From positions 9,904 to 73,903 of the forward strand of contig JBGQGB010000001.1 in NCBI GenBank assembly GCA_041497195.1: a stretch of DNA of 64,000 nucleotides, given 5' to 3'. Below are positions 57,613-64,000 of the stretch, piece by piece. The stretch comes from Candidatus Doudnabacteria bacterium. Lineage in GTDB: Bacteria > Patescibacteriota > Doudnabacteria > UBA920 > 2-01-FULL-46-14. Position 1 is the stretch's first letter; each line of letters begins with the position of its first letter. The notes under the pieces are model-generated. The model was not told the DNA's origin, made no database searches, and was given only the letters and a program-made list of their open reading frames with translations. A program made the position numbers and the translations under genes.

Positions 57613-57751
57613 AAAACTACGATGTTAATAACTTGTTTATAAAATGTTTTTATCACGTGGATTGATACCTCTGTTTTGCTCTGTTTGGCTTCTCGAACAA
57701 TCGCTCGACTTTATCAATCTCCTAAACCTGGCTCAATCTCGACGTTGTCCA

Positions 57752-58348
57752 TTATTTTTTTATCACCGAAAATTCCCATAAACCTCCGCCCTCTTTTGTA
57801 TGACGATCCATAGCCGTTTTGAGTTTACGAAGACTTACAATCCTCCATTTCGGTTGACTAGGAGAGGGGTCAACCAATCTTATCTTACTACCTGAGTTCA
57901 GGCGGTCAAAAACACAAACGTGACCTGAACCGAACTTCTTTTTTTCGTTCAACAGTACGCCATGATCAAAAGCGACAAGAATATCCCGGTTTCCTTTTTC
58001 TGCTTTCCGCAAAAAACCATTAAGACCTTTGAGAGTGAACTCATTTATTGGGTGAAAAATCGTCTTAAGGGGAATGCCTAGCTTTGGAAAAACACGATTC
58101 GGATTGAACTGCTCATCATACATTTTGGTGCCGTAACCAGAAGGAGGCCTTTTACCTACACGAGGATTCCAAAACAATTTTCTGTACTGGCCATCAATTG
58201 TAAGTCCCAAATTATAACCGAGCAGCTCCTGAGAAATCAAAGGCAGTTTGTGTCGATACATTATCATTGATATGCATGCCGGCACGCAACATGATTTCTG
58301 CTGCACTATGGGCAGATAACGACTATCTGAAGGAATAATATCTTTCAT
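57752..58348 (-). CDS. Papain-like (C39-type) cysteine peptidase domain protein
   Basis: Q-x4-C (QQKSCCVPACISM), GHVCV, LVDP; start MKDIIP. Confidence 0.7.
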   Translation of the reverse strand: MKDIIPSDSRYLPIVQQKSCCVPACISMIMYRHKLPLISQELLGYNLGLTIDGQYRKLFWNPRVGKRPPSGYGTKMYDEQFNPNRVFPKLGIPLKTIFHPINEFTLKGLNGFLRKAEKGNRDILVAFDHGVLLNEKKKFGSGHVCVFDRLNSGSKIRLVDPSPSQPKWRIVSLRKLKTAMDRHTKEGGGLWEFSVIKK

Positions 58349-58349
58349 G

Positions 58350-60323
58350 TTATTTATTATACCGATTCTTTGCCCACCAATCGAGGACTTGGCGTACGAC
58401 TGGAACTGCATTGATGCCGCCCTCTCCCCCGTCCTCGATCAAAACGACAATCGCAATCTGGGGATTGTCGTATGGTGCGAATGCGGAAAACCAAGCATGG
58501 GTGCGGCTCAAATCCCGACTGTCAAACTGTGCCGTGCCGGTCTTGGCCGCGACCTCGATTGATAAAGTGTTGAGAGACTTGGCTGTGCCGCCCGTCACTG
58601 CCTCGCGCATCCCCTCGCGCGCGATTTGCAGATTTTGCGCATCGATTGGGACAGTGCCCAAAACCTGCGGCTCAAACTGTTTGACCAGCTTGCCCTGATT
58701 GTCAGTGATATGGTCCACCAAATATGGCTGGTAAATTTTCCCGCCATTGGCAATGGTAGAAATCCACGAGAGAAGCTGCAAAGGAGTCACGAGCAAATCC
58801 CCTTGCCCGATAGAAACGTGATAAGTATCACCCAGGTACCATTTGGCCGCCAAAGGGTCATTCGGGAATCGCGCGGCTTTCCAAGCCGGAGTCGGCACCA
58901 GCCCGCCCGCTTCGCCCGGTAAATCTATGCCCAAAGGAGAGCCGAGATGATAATCCTTGAAATACTGGTCCAGACGGTCAATACCCATCCCCTGGAGTCC
59001 GGCGGGAGTGTATCCTCCCCCGACCATGTAGAAAAATATATCCGAGGAAACCGCAATTGCCCGACGGACATCCACCGGCCCCAACCCACTGTGATTGTAG
59101 CCGTAAAAAAGCGAATCAGGCCCGCCATAAACGTTGCGAATCCGAAGAAAACCACTGTCATCGAGCACTGTCTGAGGGGTGATGACGCTCTCCTGCAAGG
59201 CAGCGGACGCGATCATCGGCTTGACGGTTGAACCGGGCGGATAAGTTCCCTGGATAGCCCGATTGAACAAAGGCTGATTTTTATTCGCCGTCAAACTCGC
59301 ATAATCTTTCACATCAATTCCGCCGGCAAAAAGATTATTGTCAAAACTCGGCAAACTTACGTACGCCAGGACCTTTCCATTTTGCGGATTGACCGCAATA
59401 GCGGCGGCACGGGTTTTGTTGATAGTTTTCAGGCGCCCGGAAAGTGCAGTAAAAAGCTCTTGCTGCAGGACGTCATCAAGATTCAAGTGGAGATTATCCC
59501 CCGGCTGGGCGGGGATTTCCCCGAAGACCTGCTGCACGACGCCTCGTGCGTCCACCTGCACTTGCTGCTGTCCGAATTTTCCACGAAGATAGTCTTCATA
59601 GGTTTGCTCGAGCCCGGTTTTGCCCAAAAAATCGTTGTATAAATATCCCTGGCTGGATTTCGCATCGTATTCGTCGGCACTAATTTTGCCGACATAACCG
59701 ACAGCGTGCGCATATGCCTCCGGAGTTTTGTAATCGCGAATCGGCGCGTTGATGACTTGAAAACCAGGCAGGGAGCTCTCCCGTTCCTGAAAAATCAACG
59801 CTTGGTCCCTAGTCAAATTCGATTTGACCAAAATGGATTGATAAATCGCGGCGTGCTGACCTGAAATTTCTGATTCAATCTCGCTTGGGTCAATTTGCAA
59901 AATCTCCGCGACGTTTCCGACGACACTTCTGAGCTGCCCGGGATCTTGGGGCAAATCTAGCGGGCTCGCAACTAGCTCAAAACTCGGTTTGTTGGCGGCA
60001 ATGATCAGGTCGTGCGAGTCGTAAATCGCTCCTCGGGGTGCCGAAAAATATTCGATACGCAAACGATTGCCGCGGGCAATCTCCAAATAATAATCGTGTT
60101 TGGTCACGGTCAGATAGTAGAGACGGCCTATGACCAAACCAAAAATCGCAACAACCAAAAAAATAATCAAGCCAAAACGGGATTTTGAGTCCTGCTCCCG
60201 CTCCAACACGCCGCGAGAATTGACATCAGCAAGACTCTCCTCGAAAGAAATTGATTCGTGTTTTTCTTGAACTAGCCAATCCTCGGAATCAATCCCATTT
60301 TTTAAGTGAAACGGGTTTCTCAT
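58350..60323 (-). CDS. mrdA: Penicillin-binding protein 2
   Basis: APRGAIYD, YPPGSTVK (SxxK), SSD (SxN variant), KTGTAQ; follows mreBCD. Confidence 0.95.
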   Translation of the reverse strand: MRNPFHLKNGIDSEDWLVQEKHESISFEESLADVNSRGVLEREQDSKSRFGLIIFLVVAIFGLVIGRLYYLTVTKHDYYLEIARGNRLRIEYFSAPRGAIYDSHDLIIAANKPSFELVASPLDLPQDPGQLRSVVGNVAEILQIDPSEIESEISGQHAAIYQSILVKSNLTRDQALIFQERESSLPGFQVINAPIRDYKTPEAYAHAVGYVGKISADEYDAKSSQGYLYNDFLGKTGLEQTYEDYLRGKFGQQQVQVDARGVVQQVFGEIPAQPGDNLHLNLDDVLQQELFTALSGRLKTINKTRAAAIAVNPQNGKVLAYVSLPSFDNNLFAGGIDVKDYASLTANKNQPLFNRAIQGTYPPGSTVKPMIASAALQESVITPQTVLDDSGFLRIRNVYGGPDSLFYGYNHSGLGPVDVRRAIAVSSDIFFYMVGGGYTPAGLQGMGIDRLDQYFKDYHLGSPLGIDLPGEAGGLVPTPAWKAARFPNDPLAAKWYLGDTYHVSIGQGDLLVTPLQLLSWISTIANGGKIYQPYLVDHITDNQGKLVKQFEPQVLGTVPIDAQNLQIAREGMREAVTGGTAKSLNTLSIEVAAKTGTAQFDSRDLSRTHAWFSAFAPYDNPQIAIVVLIEDGGEGGINAVPVVRQVLDWWAKNRYNK

Positions 60324-60459
60324 CAATTAATATAAATTTGTATATTTAATCATCCGATTTTTATTGGAGTAAGCTTTGCCTTATCCTTTCCTACCAGGAT
60401 TGCGTCAGGTGCGGGACTGTGATTCCGCTGTAGGGACCTAAGCGAACGGCTTTACTTGA

Positions 60460-60963
60460 TCATTTTGGCCAAAATTTGAAAAAGAAACGGATTGGATAAA
60501 AAAGAAGAAGATTTGCTAGCGCTTGCCAAATAAGCTTCCAAGAATAAAGGGATGTGAGGGAAACAAACTGCTTTGTGTCGACTACGGCACCCAATGCATC
60601 ATAAACAAAAATCCAAAAATTAAACAACGCAGTCGCGGCGACAACAAAACCTATCGCGGTAGGTACGGAAATTTCCTGAGCCGTCAATTTTCGAGTCGCA
60701 AAATAGACAAAAACGGCCGTCAAGACAAAGCCAAAAATCTGAGCCCCAAAAAACTGCGCCGAAAACAACTCCTGTAAAAAACCTGTCAAAAAGGCAAACC
60801 ACAAGGTTTCCGGGAAAGACGCTTTCAAAGCCATGACTATCACAAACAACAAGGTCAATTGAGGCACAAAATCAACGTGTGCTGTCCAAACTCGTACCGC
60901 AGAGGCTTCAACGAGGAACAGCAAAAATGAAAACAAAAAGAAATAAAGATAACGTTTTGTCAT
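60460..60963 (-). CDS. mreD: Rod shape-determining protein MreD
   Basis: Small multi-TM protein between mreC and mrdA. Confidence 0.8.
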   Translation of the reverse strand: MTKRYLYFFLFSFLLFLVEASAVRVWTAHVDFVPQLTLLFVIVMALKASFPETLWFAFLTGFLQELFSAQFFGAQIFGFVLTAVFVYFATRKLTAQEISVPTAIGFVVAATALFNFWIFVYDALGAVVDTKQFVSLTSLYSWKLIWQALANLLLFYPIRFFFKFWPK

Positions 60964-61751
60964 TTTTTTATTACAAATACAAACCGCAGGGAGTGAAAAT
61001 CTGTAGCCGGCAAAATACTGGCCCTCTGAAAGAGTTCGGACTGACTGGAGAGAATTTTTCCTACTTGACCGATTAGTAAATTTTTCGGAAATTGACCGCC
61101 CAGACCCGAGGTCGTGACTCTGTCTCCGCTCTGGATGATATCGTTTTGGGAAACGAGATCAAGTATTAGACCGAGCCCGTGTTCCCCCCGCGCAACACCC
61201 GTCGCTCCCCCCGACACATCCTCGGCATTTACCACGACGCCTGAGGCGGTTAAAAGGTCCAACTGGCTGGTATTGTCGAAAGTCTTACTGACTACCCCGA
61301 CCAGCACATTTCCCGGGGTCACCACCGCGGCTCCTTGTACTACACCTTGATTGCTGCCGCGGTTGAGGGTGACTTCCTGATCAACACCTTGGGGATCAAA
61401 ACCTATGATTTCTGCCGGCACCAGCGGCCGCTGACTCTCTGTCTGAAAACCCAAGGCATCGCGCAGAAATTGGTTTTCGTCTTTATCTTTTTCTGCAACC
61501 GCCAGATCAGCGGATAATTTTTGTACCTGCTCTGTCAAGATTTCATTTTGGATCGCCAACTGCCTCAGGTTGACCAAAATATCGAAAAAACTTTTGGTTT
61601 TATCGAAAACTGTAACCAGAGGAAAACTCAAAACCTCGGCTGCCAAACGACCCCAATCCAAAACAGGATTAATGACCTGGGAGACGCTTAAAAAAACAAG
61701 CCCAGCCAGTAACAGCGCGGCGATTATGATATGAATCAAGAAACGTGGCAT
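60960..61751 (-). CDS. mreC: Rod shape-determining protein MreC
   Basis: TM helix plus coiled coil, LNRGSNQGV, TSGLGGQFP..LLIG. Confidence 0.93.
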   Translation of the reverse strand: MPRFLIHIIIAALLLAGLVFLSVSQVINPVLDWGRLAAEVLSFPLVTVFDKTKSFFDILVNLRQLAIQNEILTEQVQKLSADLAVAEKDKDENQFLRDALGFQTESQRPLVPAEIIGFDPQGVDQEVTLNRGSNQGVVQGAAVVTPGNVLVGVVSKTFDNTSQLDLLTASGVVVNAEDVSGGATGVARGEHGLGLILDLVSQNDIIQSGDRVTTSGLGGQFPKNLLIGQVGKILSSQSELFQRASILPATDFHSLRFVFVIKK

Positions 61752-61880
61752 CTATCGTAAGGGGTCGCCACTCTCCCGAAGAAATCAAACCTTCGAGCAG
61801 CAGGAGACATTGTGCGCCTTTTTCCAAAACGGGAGCGACGGAAACTGAAGTGATAACTCCAGAGATGGAATTTTAATAAT

Positions 61881-62939
61881 TTATCTGGGTATTTGTTCAA
61901 ATTCAGTCAGTACCAGTACCTCGCGCAAAGTTTCCAAGTCTTCCAACACAACACCGGTCCCTCGCACTACAGTGGTCAGAGGATCGTCTGCGACCTGCAC
62001 CGGAATTTGCGTTTCCCGGTTCAAAAGCTGTTCAATGCCTCGCAACAGGGCTCCGCCACCGGCCAGCACAATCCCCCGCTGCATAATGTCGGCAACCAAC
62101 TCGGGCGGCGTTTCTTCGATAGCCTGCCGGACGGAATTGACAATTGTACGCACCGAGCGGGACAGGGCGATGCGAATTTGCTCGTCGTTGACGGAGACCT
62201 CTTTCGGCAGGCCAGTCACCAAATCCCGTCCCCGCATCTTGGTCTCGATTCGCTCTTTCAAAGGATAAGCGGATCCGATTCTGATTTTCACTTCTTCGGC
62301 GGTGCGCTCACCCAACAGCAAATTGAATTCATCTCTGGCAAACTGGATGATATTCTCGTTCATCTCGTCCCCCGCAATGCGAATACTTTTTGAAACGACA
62401 ATGCCACCGAGCGAAATCACGGCGATTTCCGTCGTGCCTCCGCCGATATCTACTATCATCGAACCGGATGGATCCTGCACTGGCAAACGCGCGCCAATCG
62501 CCGCAGCCATTGGTTCTTCAATAAGAAACGCTATTCTGGCGCCGGCATTGAGGGTCGCGTCCTGGACCGCGCGCTTTTCCACTTCAGTCACTCCGGAAGG
62601 AATCCCGATGACCACGCGCGGCCGCGACAAAAAATTGAAAACCTGCTGGTGGACCTTGTCAATAAAATACCGAAGCATCTGCTCAGTCACTTCAAAATCC
62701 GAAATCACCCCATCAGTCAAAGGCCTGGTCGCCACGATATGAGCAGGGGTCCGGCCGACCATGCGTTTGGCTTCATTGCCGATAGCCAAAATCTGCTTGG
62801 TTTTCGTGTTGATAGCTACGACCGACGGCTCATTGATGACAATGCCTTTACCCCGAACATAAACAAGCGTGTTGGCCGTGCCGAGGTCGATTCCAATGTC
62901 TTTGGAAAATTTACCGAAAATTTTGTCGCTTAAAGCCAT
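61881..62939 (-). CDS. mreB: Rod shape-determining protein MreB
   Basis: IDLGTANT, EPMAAAIGA, DIGGGTTE, LAGGGALL. Confidence 0.99.
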   Translation of the reverse strand: MALSDKIFGKFSKDIGIDLGTANTLVYVRGKGIVINEPSVVAINTKTKQILAIGNEAKRMVGRTPAHIVATRPLTDGVISDFEVTEQMLRYFIDKVHQQVFNFLSRPRVVIGIPSGVTEVEKRAVQDATLNAGARIAFLIEEPMAAAIGARLPVQDPSGSMIVDIGGGTTEIAVISLGGIVVSKSIRIAGDEMNENIIQFARDEFNLLLGERTAEEVKIRIGSAYPLKERIETKMRGRDLVTGLPKEVSVNDEQIRIALSRSVRTIVNSVRQAIEETPPELVADIMQRGIVLAGGGALLRGIEQLLNRETQIPVQVADDPLTTVVRGTGVVLEDLETLREVLVLTEFEQIPR

Positions 62940-62953
62940 TTGGTATCCTGAAT

Positions 62954-62991
62954 AAAAAAGACAAAGTAATCCGCGCGTTTTTTACTTTGTC
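62954..62991 (-). terminator. Terminator downstream of proS
   Basis: GACAAAGTAA/TTACTTTGTC plus T run on the minus strand. Confidence 0.65.
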
Positions 62992-63070
62992 CTTTGTTTT
63001 AGTGTTTTTTGAATTCAAACCCTGCCTTTGTTACTTCATACTACCTGAATACTTGATATACGTAAAGACA

Positions 63071-64000
63071 TCAATATGCCTGACCAAAAAGCCAGCGGTG
63101 TTTAGCCGGTTTTTGGCAATACACGCATTTCCCGCGCTGCTCGATGGCATCTAGCGGTAAACATCTTGCGGTCGCTTTGGTCTCCTCTTTGATTTTTTGT
63201 TCACATTTCGGGTCCTCGCACCAAAAGGCGGAAACAAAACCGCGTTTTGTCGCAATAATATCTTTAAATTCCTCATAGCTATTGGCTTCCCTGGTATTTT
63301 CCTTGAGAAAGGTTTCAGCTTGCAAATAGAGGCCGCTCTGAATTTCCTCGAGAATCTCAGGTATGCGCTGTTCGGCTTTATCGAAACTCAAGACGGATTT
63401 CTCAGATGTATCTCTCCGGACCGCGGTAACAGAATCCTTTTCTATCTCTTTCGGTCCGACCTCCAGCCTCAAGGGAATTCCCTTGAGTTCCCACGTGTTT
63501 ATCTTCGAGCCTAAAGTTTCTTTGTCCGAATCATCGACTTTGGCTCGGATGCCTTTTTTGCTCAGCATCGCAGCGACTTTTTGAGCGAATACTAGAATCT
63601 CTTTTTCCGCCCTCACTGGCAGGATGATGACCTGAATAGGCGCCAAGCGAGGCGGCAATCGCAAACCGGCGTCATCCCCGTGCAGCATGATGAGGCCCCC
63701 TATTGATCGCGTGGAGAGTCCCCAGCTGGTCTGCCAAGCATATTCAGACCCCCCCGCCTTCGTCTGGAACTTGATGTCAAAAGTACGGGAAAAATTTTGA
63801 CCTAAATCATGGGCAGTGGCATTTTGCAGGACCTTACCCTCGGGCATCAAAGATTCGTAAGACACTGTCACGTCAGCTCCAGCAAATTTTTCGGCTTCAG
63901 ATTTCCTGCCTAAATATCCCGGGATGCCAAAAAACTTTTCGTATATTTCTGCATACAAATCTTTGGCAGCCCACAAAACCATTTCCCAAGCCTCGCCATG
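63071..64000 (-). CDS. proS: Proline--tRNA ligase, archaeal/eukaryote type (C-terminal part; starts beyond window end)
   Basis: EKFAGA, LQNATAHDLGQNF, QTSWGLSTR, LPPRLAP, C-terminal zinc-binding domain ending FGQAY. Confidence 0.96.
   Translation of the reverse strand, partial: HGEAWEMVLWAAKDLYAEIYEKFFGIPGYLGRKSEAEKFAGADVTVSYESLMPEGKVLQNATAHDLGQNFSRTFDIKFQTKAGGSEYAWQTSWGLSTRSIGGLIMLHGDDAGLRLPPRLAPIQVIILPVRAEKEILVFAQKVAAMLSKKGIRAKVDDSDKETLGSKINTWELKGIPLRLEVGPKEIEKDSVTAVRRDTSEKSVLSFDKAEQRIPEILEEIQSGLYLQAETFLKENTREANSYEEFKDIIATKRGFVSAFWCEDPKCEQKIKEETKATARCLPLDAIEQRGKCVYCQKPAKHRWLFGQAY

Noticed and set aside
57380-57740. tmRNA interpretation (minus-strand CTCCACC end; plus-strand 20-aa ORF MPHEVILQHASKQSIEILLA at 57539-57601)
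   Set aside because: No T-arm, no G3-U acceptor pair, and the tag-like ORF is on the opposite strand to the structured elements
129-63584. Numerous antisense or alternate-frame ORFs in the track overlapping core genes (e.g. 2242-2937, 40244-41044, 49095-49862, 15245-16102)
   Set aside because: Shadow ORFs of well-supported genes, with no motifs of their own
1-64000. CRISPR array, rRNA, transposase or prophage
   Set aside because: No regularly spaced direct repeats, rRNA signature sequences, or mobile-element proteins were recognised

Overview
Bacterial chromosomal segment that looks like Patescibacteria/CPR (inferred from gene content: archaeal-type PyrH and ProRS, a stand-alone VirD4/TraD-like ATPase, many GT2/GT-C glycosyltransferases, and core genes mostly without Shine-Dalgarno sites). 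Core genes are dnaX, corA, cysS, dnaB, recR, rplU, pyrH, ftsQ-like, ddl, alr, murF, serS, rdgB, lysS, greA, folD, mrdA, mreD, mreC, mreB and proS. Accessory content: (i) a surface-protein island with a sortase whose catalytic Cys is replaced by Ser, two LPRTG-tagged substrates, a Cys-stapled helical protein and a sedolisin-like protease; (ii) a 14-kb glycan locus headed by a four-domain GT2-GT2-flippase-GT4 fusion; (iii) small ORFan islets with their own promoter, SD and terminator. The standout is a ~1.9-kb stretch with no credible ORF (about 17626-19545). By eye it folds into about ten multi-branched helical domains separated by A-rich linkers, with UUCG/GNRA tetraloops, G-U pairs favouring the + strand and an internally duplicated module. 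It is a candidate very large structured ncRNA leading into a DUF5701-like gene. A second, 6S-like structured RNA candidate lies at about 57320-57612. No rRNA, tRNA, CRISPR array or transposase was recognised. All family assignments are by motif recognition, not database search.
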